This document shows positions 23,352 through 36,273 of a stretch of 64,000 nucleotides of DNA, one piece after another. The position numbers were made by a program, and so were the translations under genes. The stretch covers positions 837,481 to 901,480 of the forward strand of contig BDGG01000002.1 of NCBI GenBank assembly GCA_001949185.1, given 5' to 3'. A model generated the notes under the pieces. That model saw only the letters and a program-made list of their open reading frames with translations, was not told where the DNA came from and did not search any database. This DNA comes from Ramazzottius varieornatus. Taxonomy: Eukaryota; Animalia; Tardigrada. Numbering within the stretch: position 1 is the stretch's first letter; every line of letters starts with the position of its first letter.

Positions 23352-24756
23352 TTAAGCAATAGAGACTACGGGTCCCGCGGCAGTACTATTCGCGTCAGTC
23401 TGGTCGTTGCCGTTTGCAACGCGAGCAATGACTATGGAGACATATCCGGTAGCATCCGCTGGAACCGTGCATGTTTTGTTGATGACGGGAACGGCCTGTT
23501 TACGGAAGGAGAAAGCTCCGGATGCGCTGTTGGAACTCATCAAAAAGACACACTGGTCGGCAGGGCTGGGGTTCAAATAGTCCGGCGCCACCACGCTGCC
23601 AGCTGGGAGCTGAGTTCGAGTTCCGGGACCGGATGGATTGGTCACCAGCAGAGGAAGCCGCTCCGCAATCTGGACTCCCGTGATGAAGCAACCATCATCG
23701 TAGTAATTGCGGATTATGGAGGCTACGGTGCGCAAACCCAGGGGAATCACAGGCGGGTTCGCTGTTGGTGTTTTACCTGCAACAAACTGCATCTGAAGTA
23801 GAATGGATGAAGTAACTTATATTTTCGACGCTCTCTCTTTTGTATTCATTCTTCGGATTCCGAAGAGACTTTAGCGATCTATTTTGAAGCCGAGGTCTAC
23901 TCAGCAATTAGGGTCATTGCACACTGGCAATAATAATAAAGACGTCATGGATATGAAGGGGCCTACCTTGCAGGGAGCTTAGCTGGTTCAGTTGCTGTAT
24001 CTCAGCAGACAGTATGGTGGTGAGCAAGGTTTTTGGATCGCCGCTTGGCAAGGTATTGACAACATCGGTGTGAACACTGATGACGACGGTGGCCAGAGAG
24101 TGGAAGAGAGTCAACCATGCATCAACAGTGGTGAGATCAAAATCGTGGAAACTCGGGCAGAAAAAGGCACTGTTGAATGAGTTGATAGACTCGCGCAGTT
24201 GCTGAATTTCGAAGATGAAGTCGCTCAGTTGTCGATCGCGAATTTGCGTGATGGTTTGGATGTCCTGCACCGACAGACCGGCAGCTGTGAGCTGGTCTGG
24301 GCTGAAACGTTTCAGACCGTCGGACAGAACGTCGGTCAATGGGATCAGAATGGTCAGAGCGTATGCCAGTGGACTAGCTCGACCGGCAACGGTAGGAGGG
24401 GATGTGACGTAACCGGCGGTTGTAGTCCGCATGGCGTTGACCGGTGGATATGTCATCGCTTGATCTGCAAAAGACGTCTATACATTTACAGTGTAGAGAA
24501 TGATGCCTACCCGCGCAAAGTTTTGATTGGTTTGTTGCTTTGTCAGCTGTGCAAGGCCATGGTAGTCTTGTAAACACAAACTGCTAGTCAAAACTTAGCG
24601 CGGGTAGGGATGTCTCTTTACACTGTAATACAACTGTAAAGAACGAAAAAGTCTTCAATCTTGTGACTTACATTGTCGACCCTCCAATTCTGCATTGTCG
24701 ACAACGGCTGCGGCAGACAGCTGGCCCACAAGAACAAGGACCAGCAGACGTAGCAT
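23352..24756 (-). CDS. Secreted ferritin-like-domain protein (Rds1/PCC13-62-like) with C-terminal beta-rich domain; metal ligands largely substituted
   Basis: Exons 24756-24672 (signal peptide MLRLLVLVLVGQLSAA), 24546-24511, 24464-23967, 23776-23352. LAYALTI...GLKRFSPDQLTAAGL...TILSAE resembles the fungal Rds1-type pattern LNYALTLE...GL.kF...dF.aAG...SIL.vEARH; C-terminal C.VP...G.V....AGP. Assigned by eye. Confidence 0.7.
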
Positions 24757-26808
24757 CTTGCAGTTTCGGCAACTTGAGTAAAGAATGCACAGGACCAAGT
24801 CTTAGAGTCGCACAGAAAGCTGATGGAGTGTGATGCTTTCTTTGCGATTGAGCAGACAGCTTTATATCCTTTTCTGGCAAGACTTTTAGAATTAGTGGAA
24901 CCACACTCGAACAGTGGTGTCGGGTTCTGCTACTGGGTCATGACTGGGGCAAGGTCGTCGAATGTTGTCTATGTCGTTAGAGCTAGTCCGTGTGCTAGTA
25001 ACTTACCCTAGTCTTGCTAGTTCGCGACTTAAGTTCTTGTGTTGTTACGGAGCTTACTCAGTTTAGTTTTCTTTGTCTTTTCGAACATTCTGTAGTGCGC
25101 GTGTCTTTTGTAAAGTTGTATAATTGCGCCGAAAGGAATTGCGGCACGGAGGAAGAGTGTCTGCTGCATTAACCGGAGATCGTTTGCCCGCTCGTCAAGT
25201 CTATTGAGAAATTAACGGTAGTGGTTGTTTGCTGATCAACAAAACTTTGCGTGTTTTGACGCAACAGTTATACACAGCAGGATCGTAATATGACTACAAT
25301 AACGGAAATCCTTGAGTCTAAGTGATTAGGTGAGGTACGGCATCACTTAAGGGTAAACGGTACCACATGTTTTCGATATCGGGCTACGTTCGAAGTCCCT
25401 AGGAGGCGCCCACCTTCGCAGCAGAGCATCCTCTTCAAAGCTTTCGATGGGCGCGCACCCCTGAATCGATTGACATTCGTTTTTAAGCTTATTTGCTGTA
25501 CACCTTGCAGCCCTCACACAACCACACGCTATCACACCGTTGTGGACACCGATGGAAAATGAAAAGAGTCATTTCGGACTGATCGTTTGGTCTGGGAACG
25601 AAACTGCGCAGGAATCAGTTTTTTTGTCTGGGGTACTTTTGGTCCAGCTAAAACGGCTGATGCAGTCTTTCGCATTCTAGGCTGCTCGTGCTGTGTGGTG
25701 CAATAGCTGGCTATCGTACGTTCGATTGCGAGTAAAATTGTTCAGGATTGGTCAAATTGTTCACGATCTTGAAGTTTTGGGACCCTGAGGGCGAAGTTGA
25801 ACTGTTGATGCAATCTGGTGTGACAGACCTCAAACAACACAATGCTCGGGGTTCATTTGGTCGTCTGACCAGTGGTCAGGCGGCTACGTCGAAAAAATGT
25901 GAAGGGGTTCGAAATTTTGATGGAACTGTTTTGGGACGTCACAGTAACGCAGACAGCGTGAGAATGAACCCCCATGTGGGGACATCTCACCTGGTGATCC
26001 GCACCGGAATTTTCGGACAAACCCTCCCAAGAGGGCGAACAGCTTTTTGAGACTTCTATCCGTGGCGAAGCGCGGCGGCTCTACTACGCGATGCCCTCGA
26101 GTATTCTGAGCAATCCAACGTCAAAGGTGTGCTTTGAAAGCAAGAAATTTCGTACGCAAATTGGGTCGCCGAAACCCAACTGTCAGGGTATCCACGAAAG
26201 CAAGACAGAGCAACGCGGCCTCTCAGAACGGTGAAAAGCTGCTCGACAATTGAACTGCCGCGTAACGGTGGAAGTCCTTACAGGACGTGATATTCACGTC
26301 TCCTCGACCGTTGATGAACTCAAAATAATCTGATAAATGAAGCCACAGAAAGAACCATCCGAGCTTGACTGAATGCTCTGATGATCACTCATTGACTGAC
26401 GCGCCGCACTTGCATCAGTTTCCCGCCTAGGATTCGCGGTAACACTGCTGTGGAAGGCTGAGGTATACGACGGGCGAAAAGGGCAGAGCCGGCAGGGCCG
26501 GCAGGGCCAATTTTGAGTAAACCATGTTGACGATGTAGTTGAGAACGCACAGTGTAGCGCAAACCAGTGAATAAAACCAATAAGTAAAATTTTATAAAAC
26601 ATTTCTCTGGATACCGCTTGCGTGCATGACAGTAGGCAGTGTATTACACTATAGTCGAAAAAGATCTGATAAAGCTATCATCTGTATAAAAATGCTGACA
26701 CCGACGAGAGTGGGACGGTATGCCGGAAATACTGCTATGCACAATGTGGCGATGCAATGGAGACTACACTGCAGTTGGCAGCTGGTCGGTAGGCGACCTA
26801 TCCTGGCT

Positions 26809-28678
26809 TCACTTTCCTCCGACCTCGGTCGTCTGGTCCTGCCGTTTAACGTATCTGTGAACAGGCGGACCAAATGATCGCAACACCTCATCGGCGAAGT
26901 GTAGGATGCTCCACTCCCGGTCCCCAGGACGCTGCTCACCTTTGACCTCACCGTCCAGCGAAGCGTTAGAGCGAACAACGTGGAGCAAGCAGTCGCGATA
27001 GTGACACTGCAGGATGGCCAGCCTGGGCTTATCCTCCACACTTGTGGCCTCTGCAAAGAGGGCACCCCCGACATTACTTGCGCACTCGCCTCACAGTCGG
27101 ACAGTGGTTCTTTTACCTGGGGCGAACATACTGACGGCGTACACGAGGAATGCTTCGAGGTGACTGAGCTTCAGACTGTTCATGGCATTAGCCAAGTCCA
27201 GCAGGCTAGCGATGACCTCACGCTGGTGCGTTTGTTGCAGCCAGTAGACCGAAGCGTGGACTCTGAGGGGGCCGTTCAGGTAGTACAAGTTGCCACCGCG
27301 GACCAGATTGCGACGTGTCACCTACAACATAGGGCCGTCTTCTGGGAAAGAACGTTTATGGAGAGGACAGGTGGACGTACCAGCCAGTCTTCCGGCCACT
27401 TTTCCCTCAGCAAGGCTTGTTGGCTCTGCTCGTCAAAGGTCGACAAACCGGGTAACATCATGGAGAATTGACAATGCTGTCGAACGGCCTCCACCAGCGC
27501 GATGGCAGAGTTTTCCTTGTAAGCGGCCAACGAGACTTGCGGCTGAAACTATCAACCCCAACAGATATTAGACGCTTACTTTGTTATGGTTTGGGCCTAC
27601 GATCAAAAACTTACTGGAACGTTGCCGTTAACCAGCATATCGTGCATCTCAGCCTTCCACGTGGCAAGGTCCGCTGCATATACGGACTGGATAGCGGCGG
27701 CAACGGCACTGATGGTCACGTCAATCACTGTCGTCTGCTTCATCACAGCGCTCAAATCGAGCTGACCTTTGGCATAGGCCTGCCACAGCATTTCCCTCTT
27801 ATCCACCTCCCCAAACGACTCGTCCAGACTCATTTTGGAGCTTTTGTCCGGCACCACGATTTTCAGGAGCGGTGAGTGCGGTGTTGAGTACGACGCAGTA
27901 GAGGTGATGCGAAGAAGGCGCGCATCTTGTAGCGCTTCCCCTACGACTGCACCTCCAGCCACAGCTTTCCGCCTCACTGAGTCGCTAGATGTCTTTTCTT
28001 CCGTCATTTGAGGCGTCTGACCGGTCTGCGGCCCGGTAGAGACTGGTTCGGGCAGAATGTCTGCAATCGCCCGCTGCACATTGCGCTTCCACAACGGCGT
28101 TCTGCCCATGACTTTCCCTGTAAACGTACCGCAGGTGTAAGCATGATCGTCTCGCAATTATTCTCCTAAGCGACAGCAGCCTTTACCGTCCAGTTTCATC
28201 CCGACTTTGACGCATTTGGCGAAGCGACATGGTCGACAGCGGCCTTTAGACCGAGGTCCGACAGTGCACTTTCCTCCCAAATAACATCGGTACGTCGTAC
28301 TGTTGCGCAGCGATCGACGGTAGAAAGCCTGAAAAAAAGATATGCGTGCCGGCAGACAAACAAAACAACAAAGCTGACCAGATAAAGCCTGTGAAGGAAG
28401 GAAGATAAATTATGGGACGGCAACATCTGGTATAGCAACGAATAGACTGCTGCTGCGAGAAGTAGCGCGCATGACGTCAGGAAAACATGCGGATATCAGC
28501 ATTACAGCTCAAGGCGTCATGCGCGGCTCGTATATCAGCAGCTTAGTACTTTGCAGCCTTCGCAGGCCACGACGCCGTAGTGGACGCCGGAAGAAGGTGC
28601 TGTACAGATCACGCAGACGCTGTCCGTGTACCGTACACCTGTATCCGGACACGCAGAGCCGAATGATCCCCTATCCAT
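26809..28678 (-). CDS. Divergent nuclear hormone receptor (C4 zinc-finger DBD plus LBD)
   Basis: CVIC...SGVHYGVVACEGCK|AFYRRS...YRCYLGGKC...RCRPCRFAKCVKVGM; LBD signature FSMMLPGLSTFDEQSQQALLREKW. Extra upstream exons (to ~29113) and the true C-terminus (26809 or 26649) uncertain. Confidence 0.88.
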
Positions 28679-29137
28679 GGTGAGGCAGCGGCCAAAGAAT
28701 ATGTGAAGACGTCCGACAGACCATCACCATCTCTGGGATCAAACCCGTTCCTTCGTCGCAGAAATCGCCAGAGAATTGTTCTAAGCCATCAAGCCATGTG
28801 TGCTGCGTAGCCAGTAGGTGAGAGAACGGGAACAGAATCGAATGAGTTTAAGTGAATAGGTAAGACCGATCGATCGCGACTCCTGGAATGCTGGCGTCAG
28901 CATGTAAGAAACAGTGAAATACAGTGCACAACACATTCCATCACTGCCCATCAGTGATCAGTCCGTCTGCGGCGACTCTGCGCCGTCATCTTGAAGTGCT
29001 CCGGGCCAGAGTTGTTCGATCATTGCAATTTGCAATTGCTACAAGTACGATGGGAAAATTATGGGCAGTGGAAAGCTGCTGAACATCGTGTCCATCTGAA
29101 ACCAGCTTGCCATGAAATTTAGTTGATCATGATACAA

Positions 29138-29741
29138 GCTGGCAAAAATACGATAAAATTCGGTACGATATTTTTCGATACAATATCGGCGGATATTTTA
29201 TCGCGGTCTTCGATATTCATTCGATATCGAAATTTCTATGCGATATTTTTCCGTTACCGTATTTTCGATATGTCGTATTATATCGCAGCGATATATCGAT
29301 ATTTCTGGAATTTTAGTTTTTCGGAATTCCACTGGTTCAAGCCCAAAAACTCAAGAAGGCGATTTCCACATAAAGCATTAGTAAGATTCAAAGCGTCGGA
29401 TGCAGTAAAGACATGATTATACCAAGACTTCAAACACATGGAAACCTGGACAGACTTAGTACCAGAACCGAACGGGCAGAGTGTGCTCGGTACACCATGG
29501 CCAAAACCAAGTTTTTGAAGTCAACCATGATCTTCCGCAAATGACATATCACTGGCGAGTATACCATTCAGAAAAATACCGATATATCGATATGGTGCGA
29601 TACGATATCGCCGAAAATTTTATTGCATCATTCGATATGAGTTTCATATCGATATTTTCGATACGATATGTCACATATTTTATCGCAAAGATTTGATATA
29701 TTTCGACACGATATCGGTATACCATATCGTTGCCAGCACTA
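29138..29741. mobile_element. Non-autonomous element related to the Harbinger-type element at 31188
   Basis: Ends GCTGGCAA.../...TTGCCAGCACTA; dense CGATA/TATCG subterminal repeats; first ~350 bp closely similar to 31192-31470. Confidence 0.82.
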
Positions 29742-29849
29742 GTTTTCTTAATAAGTTTTCTGGAATTTGACATGACGAAAGGCCGTGAACGCTCGAAAAG
29801 TACTGGAATATGAACTACAGTGAGGCCTCGTACTCCTGCAAATCCAAAG

Positions 29850-30075
29850 CGGAAGGAAACTTTTACCTTGAAGGAAAATCTGGCCATCTTGGACAAAATC
29901 GACCAGGAGGTAAGTCTCCCGTTTTTTCTCCGTTATTTGGCCCAGGAATGAAGGGATGAGCAGTATTAAACGATTCCTAAATTTTGGTTCCCATAGGCGA
30001 CATTGCGGATATGTACGGTGTGACCTATCAAGCTCTCATTCTTATCAGGAACCGGAAAGACGAGATCAGAACGTG
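29850..30075 (+). pseudogene. CENP-B/psq-type HTH fragment (pogo/Tigger-like remnant)
   Basis: PKRKETFTLKENLAILDKIDQE|VPIGDIADMYGVTYQALILIRNRKDEI matches the KRK..TL.EK..I...IA..YGV....I.K.K..I pattern; upstream in-frame stop. Confidence 0.6.
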
Positions 30076-30468
30076 CACAGGCCAGGGACGTAGTCTCGAT
30101 CGGAGGCGAATTGATCGAAAGTTGATTTACCCTGAAATTTTCATCGAAGTGCTCAGGTTTTTGGGAATGGATCGACACAAGAAGTTCCCAGTTCGCCCGA
30201 CTTTTCTGCTGAAGGTCGCCAGCTTCTTATTGGGCAGTAACACTGATTACTTTTTGACGTCAGATTTTTCTCGAGAGAACTCCACGCAAGCTATCAAATG
30301 CGATGATCGTGCTGTGACGTACTGAAGTCATTGCAGAGATCTATGTATAGACTCAGGCTTTCCATAGACAACTGCTGCAGTTTAAGGCTCTCCTATAGTC
30401 ACGATGTGACAGGCGTCGACGCATTTCAAGTATTCAATGGAAAACGCGTAGTGCAAAGTATGAGACTA

Positions 30469-30724
30469 CAGTCCAGTCGCTCGAAATCTGGACGAAATTT
30501 TCCGATTTCAGAAGAGGAAAACCATACGAAGTTAACCTTACTGCTCGCCATGCCTACACAGCCGGCTATCTGCACCTTGATTAGTTGATTACACGAGTCA
30601 CTGCACGGTGTAATGTGTGTGTTATTTAATATTGGGTCTTGGCTTGATATGCGGTGTGGTGAATGCATGGCGGGCCTCGAATTGGAACTGGACAATTTCG
30701 TCTAGATTTCGAGCGACCGGACTG
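30469..30724. mobile_element. Tc1/mariner-pogo-type MITE
   Basis: ~31-bp TIR CAGTCC(A/G)GTCGCTCGAAATCT(G/A)GACGAAATT flanked by TA on both sides. Confidence 0.85.
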
Positions 30725-31187
30725 TACTGAGTTTTCTTTGTCTGCTGGTTCGGGCGCCTTTCACCGAAAGAGGATTCCTTGATCTCACAGCCTGTTTTCT
30801 TCAGCGATCGTACGCAGACAGTGGCCCCAAAGTCTAGATTCCTTACTACAGAAGCTACTGTCCGTAAGAGTCAGGTCGGTGCAGTCTCGTAAACTGTAGA
30901 CAATAGTTTCTGGTCGGACGCGCTTGACGGTGACGATGGCTCCTCCACGTCACCAAAAATGGGTGGAGAGTGCCCTTACCGTGACGGTAAAGCTATCGAA
31001 TGACGGTATTCGAGCAAAAGATCGTCATGGGCCTTGGGTGGTCCTCGATATCTCTAGAAAGCTTCCCTATGAACAATTTTAGTATTAAAATGTAGGGAAT
31101 GTATTTTGACTTGGACGAAGTTCAGGATCGATCAAGGAGTGTTAATCAACCATGTTGCGAAGTAATTCTCTCTCCTTCATCCACCAC

Positions 31188-32711
31188 TAGTGCTGGCAAA
31201 AATACGATAAAATTCGATACGATATTTTTCGACTACCGTATTTTCGATATATCGTATCATATCGCAGGGATATGTCGATATTTCTGCAATTCTAATTTTT
31301 GTCGGAGTTCCACTGGTCCGGGCTCAAGAACTCAAGAAGCCGTTTTCCACATTGCGTGTTAGTAAGATCGCGAGCGTCGGACGCAGCAATAACGTGACTA
31401 TACCAAGACTTCAAACACATGGAAACCTGGATAAACTTAGTACCAAAACCGAATGGGCGGAGCGTGCTCGCCTGGTCAAGCTTCATCTGTTTTCGGAAAT
31501 CAACAAGAGTAAACTTCGCGACGACTTTCTTAAACCACCATTCGACGGACTGTCGAAGCTTGGACATAAGGGTGTTCTGATACTTCTTGGCTTTTGAATG
31601 ACAGATTTCGATCCTAGAGTAAGGCTTGTGGAGTATCCCATTCTTCTTTGCGTATCCGCTGTCTCCATAAAGCACGTATCTTCTCACAAAGCCAGCTTGC
31701 TTGTCGTTGAGTTCTCCCAGAATTTTGCTTTCATTTAACAAGCGACTGTCGTGCATGGAGCCTCTTTGGCCGCCATACAAGTTCAGAATGAGACCTGTGA
31801 GAAAAACGGACTTTTAATTGCGTATACGCTTTAGGTTTACTTTCGGAAATAATCAAAATTTATTCAAGACCTACCAGTGGGAAGGACCACGGACTGCCAT
31901 TTTGTGCAGTGAATACGTTTATGACCGCTGAACATTTGTCGTTGATAGAAGATTAGGCGGCAGATGGGACGAGCTGTTCCGTCTATGAAAGCGAAGACAT
32001 CCGGAATAACTCTTGGACCGCCTTTGACGGCAATGGACTCAGCACACATTTCGAAGTCATCTTCCGTAAGCCAGCTGTGGTCCCATGTCTTTAGCACCTT
32101 CGAAGACCGGTCAATAATCAGTAGTGTCGCGTAGAACAGTCGGTTCAAGGAGCTATGAGAACGTCTAAACATTTTCCTAAGCTCCAACCACCTGTTTGGA
32201 TACGCAAGTCTCCACAAAACGATGCAAGGAGCTTTCAGTCCGGTCGCAGTGTCTTGGCTTGGTGTTCAGACAACGTCTCGTATACCAAAGGCTTCCAGTA
32301 GCTGGAACAGAGCTTCCCGTCTGAAACGAAAGTAGGAACGGCATTCCTTGTCGGAGTAGTCGCCAAGATCGAAGGATTGCTCCCTCCACGCACCTTCTTC
32401 CAGGATAGCCGCCTTTCTACTGCGTATGCGCCTTCGGAGGACTATAAACTGCTTTCGGGATATACTTCTTATAGTAGAGAGTGTACAACATATGTAATTC
32501 CATCTTGAAACTGGAGCGAAAAATAGAAATCGAAAATGGCAGGAAAACAGAATTTTGTACGCGAAGGAAACGTTGTGGGCGGAGGCGAAGCGAAAAATGT
32601 CGTAATCACGACACGTGTCGTCACCGACCACACTCGAGATCAGACCGTCTTTCTACGGTGACGATATTCATCGTCAAGGTATCGTACAGTAATCGGTATC
32701 GTCTTGCGCTA
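31188..32711 (-). mobile_element. Element carrying a decayed Harbinger/PIF/ISL2EU-type (DDE_Tnp_4) transposase
   Basis: Motifs FRFRRE, LWRLAYPNRW, FIDGT, FSGHKRIH, GSMHDS, LYGDSGY, RQSVEWWF in pieces from 31292 to 32460 with frameshifts; left end TAGTGCTGGCAA; right end approximate. Confidence 0.82.
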
Positions 32712-33255
32712 CCGACCAGAAACTTTTATTTGTTTGACGCCAAATGATGCCTATTAAACATGGATCATGTTTGCAGCTACAGACCACCAGGTTGGAATGC
32801 AGTTGCTGATGTTCTGCGTCGGCTGACGAGTGTGTTGGATCCGATGTTGGTGGTATTGGAAAACACTGAGTTACTGTACGCAAGTTAGTTCTGGTTTGGT
32901 TACGATGGTTACAACTAGGACTTACTGAACGGTTATGTTCTCATTCACACACACTATTGCGCACTGGAAAACACTAACAAACAACTGAGAGAAAATGGTT
33001 TAAAGAAAGTAAGGTGGGCTGCTCAAACGTATACTGAATCTCGATACTATGATATGTACATGTTCCTTCAGCTTGTCCAATGAATCCATATCAATTATTT
33101 TCAATAACATTGATAACGTCCGAGAGCGACAGTTGTTTCCACTTCGGTATCGTGGAGATTAAAACATATTCGGACGAGCTTCCCCTCTTTGTCAATATGC
33201 ACAAGAGAAAGTATGGAGTTACGGATTCACCACTTACAAGTAGAGTAGTCATGTC

Positions 33256-34116
33256 TCAGCTGCAGGGTCGTCCTAACGCCCTTCGGAGCAGTTCCTGAAC
33301 TCTCTCGCGATGACCCGTGCTGTTTACAGTCACGAACACCTGCAAGAGAATCACCATTGAGCGCATTAGTGCGCGATAAGATTATAGGGGGATGCGAATT
33401 CAGAACGTGTTGTATTGGCGTTACCGGATGGACTGCATAGCCGCAGACGTAAACCGACATCACCCACAATGGTAGCATTGGCTGGGTCTGCGCTACGGAC
33501 AGCGGTAGCGATTTGCTGACAATGGGGAAGGCAAAGTAAAATAAGCTGTAGACAATGGCTGAAAGTAGCAACATTTCGCACAAAGCCAACTTGCGACGCT
33601 GTGAACGGCCAGCGCTTTCGGACGTCCCGTTGCTGGTAGCCTCATTCGCTCCCACACGGGAAGGCTTCAACCTCGCGTACAACAACAGCGTAACGTACAG
33701 TATGCCAGTCATCGTTATGGGAAGGTAGACCTGTAAGGCCGGGTTGATGGTGCGGAAATCGAACTGGCCCGGCTTGTAAGCGGCAGGTGCACAGCCTCCC
33801 CATCTGGAATTAATGTTGAAACCTGCACAGTTGAGAGATGTATTGCGTTTGATACCTGTTCTATCTCAAGGTAGTGCACTAGCGCCTACCTCCATTGACG
33901 GGTAGCTCCATTGGAATTGTACATCTCCACGGCGGTCAGGTGACCGATCAGTACGCCCGACCCTGTTCGGAGCCTTTTGGTAGTGCAGATAGCTGTCAGA
34001 AAAACCAGGTTGATGAGTCCACAAAATATTGTGATGCAGAGCGTCGTCACAAACCAGGTGGTCAAGCTAGACTTTTACTGGCTCCAGAAAGACACGTTGT
34101 AACTTAACAGACTCAT
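33256..34116 (-). pseudogene. Class A orphan GPCR pseudogene
   Basis: TM1-TM2 start (CGLINLVFL...RLRTGSGVLIGHL) and TM5-TM7 (VYLP..., YFAFP, GYAVHP) present; early stop after MSLLSYNVSFWSQ; most of TM2-TM4 apparently deleted. Confidence 0.65.
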
Positions 34117-35739
34117 CGGCGTCGACGTATTCAGCCGTTCGGGGAGATCCATCTTCAGATCGAGGTAGCTTACACGCTAACAATGGAGCCTTCGGGAATA
34201 GCATATGCCGATCACAAAATTTAAATTTTACTGTGAATGCTAAGAGTTTGAGCTGTCCAAGAACATACAGGCTGAACAGCCCCGGACCTATTTCTGGATT
34301 GGGAGAGAATCTCAAAAGGATGGAGCCGTTGTCTATCCTGTACGGCACCACTAAGCTCCTGCGGGTCCAAGGTCCGCGCACCGTCGGTAACAAAAGTGAA
34401 GTAAATCCAATCCTTTGACTGACCCTTGTCTCATTTGAATCGAAGAAACTTCTCGATTTTCATCGCGGTTAGTGGGTACCTGACGGTGGAATCAAAAATT
34501 TCTTCAACTTACCTGAAACAGTCGTTTGTCTGTCCATAGATAGCTGAACTCTTCGCTGTCACAGGAAAACATTGTCCTCTAAATCGGCATATGATGTTTC
34601 CTAAAGGTTGCCTTGCAAGATCTAGAGACCGTCTGGAACTGCTGAAACCAAAGCCTTAATTGCCAGTAAAATAAAGAGTCGAACGCCAGGTCGGCTCTTT
34701 GGTACATTGGTCTCATGATTATCCCGAAGCCGGATGTTCTCTAGGAACGGGAAGGAAAGAAGCAGCGTGACACCAGATGTTGTTCACAGTATGAACGTGA
34801 CAGGTAAAATGGCGCTTCGGCCAATTATTGCTCCAAACTATTAGTGTTTATCAATCCAGTGAACAGCGTGCAGCTGGAAACCGGAAAATATGTAGGGAGG
34901 TCAGAGGGAAGAGACCGGTAGGAGAAGGAAATAGCTCAAGTGACGGCATGAGAACCGGTTGCTCGATCATGATCCACTGCGAACAGCCTTATTCTACTGT
35001 GCTTAGGCGGACAGAGCTACCGGTGTATTCAGCGCTTCATTCGGAGTTGGAAGGGTAGTCTGTTGTGTGGGCTATCGGCAACAGTCCCATTGGGATACCG
35101 CCACAGAGACACACAGATTTACCCTCGCGCGAATGGACGACTTTGCGAGCTCTTGCTTATGGCGCATGAAACTTTTAACAGAGTTCTCAAAAACTCTAAC
35201 GACATGGCTTCGTCCTCTACCAGATGTTCGGCTATCAGCTTAGTGTCAACGACAAGGAAGGCTTTATCGTCGTTCGTTGTGAACGATCTTGCGATTCGCT
35301 TCAGAACGTCATCTAAAACAGTGACTACGACGTGTTCCAAGGGCTCATTGTAGGGATAGTATGCAAGCTCTTATCTCGCAACGTCGGTGTGGAGCTGATA
35401 CCAGCTCCATAAATCTCCGGGATCCACGATGTCGTGGTACTTTTCTGCTGAGCTCTTCTGGAGTAAAGGGTCAACAGCCGCCGGCGCGCGGCCGATACTA
35501 CTGTAGAGTGTAGATCCAGTCTGAATAACCACCGAGGTGCTGCTTGGCTGACCACACCAGGTATCATAGTACGCCTTTTGTTTCGTACCAAAGTGGGTAC
35601 GAAGTTTGGACTGGTGTTTTTCGGCGTGCCCATTTTTGTGAGTGTCTGATCAAGGAAAGCTTGGAAGTTACGATTGTACCCACTTCCGGTGCGTATTGGA
35701 TACAGTTGTCCCTCGAGATCTGACCGCCGTCTTGACCGC

Positions 35740-36040
35740 CCTTTGTAATGCTTCCAAGCGCCATTCAACAACACAAACTGTGCACAAACGAATGAAGGGT
35801 GTTTAGGCTTGCCTGAACTTGTTGTACGGTGAGGAATGCTCCAAAGGTAAAGGCAAAGCCGAAGCCCAGGACGAGGATGTTGAAGACACGCTTGTCGAAA
35901 CACAAGAAGCGACCCGTCACGCCACCCGGATCAACCGGCTCCACCGGTGCAGCCGAGCGGATGCTACAGAAGCTGCCGCTCTTTTCTCTCTTTTGTACAC
36001 AACGTCCAGATTATCCACCTCGTTCGGCTTCACCAATACA
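35740..36040 (-). pseudogene. Truncated tandem duplicate of the MFSD11 5' exons
   Basis: GVTGRFLCFDKRVFNILVLGFGFAFTFGAFLTVQQVQ nearly matches MFSD11 exon 1 at ~39540-39660; upstream frameshift; later exons absent. Confidence 0.75.
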
Positions 36041-36273
36041 ACAGAAAGGTACGAAAAAAGTAGGAAGAACTGACACACCAAAATTTCGAGCGTGAAACGT
36101 TTTGAAAATCCTAGCGGTTTCTCAATTGAAAAAGAGACGTATAACTTAGCAGTTATCACAGAAAAGATTCGGTATTTTTTTCATCGCTTAGGTAACACCC
36201 AAACTATGCTTCTTCGCTGAGGAGAAATCAAACTAGAATAATTTAGCGAAACAAATCGACCAGGAAGCGAGTA

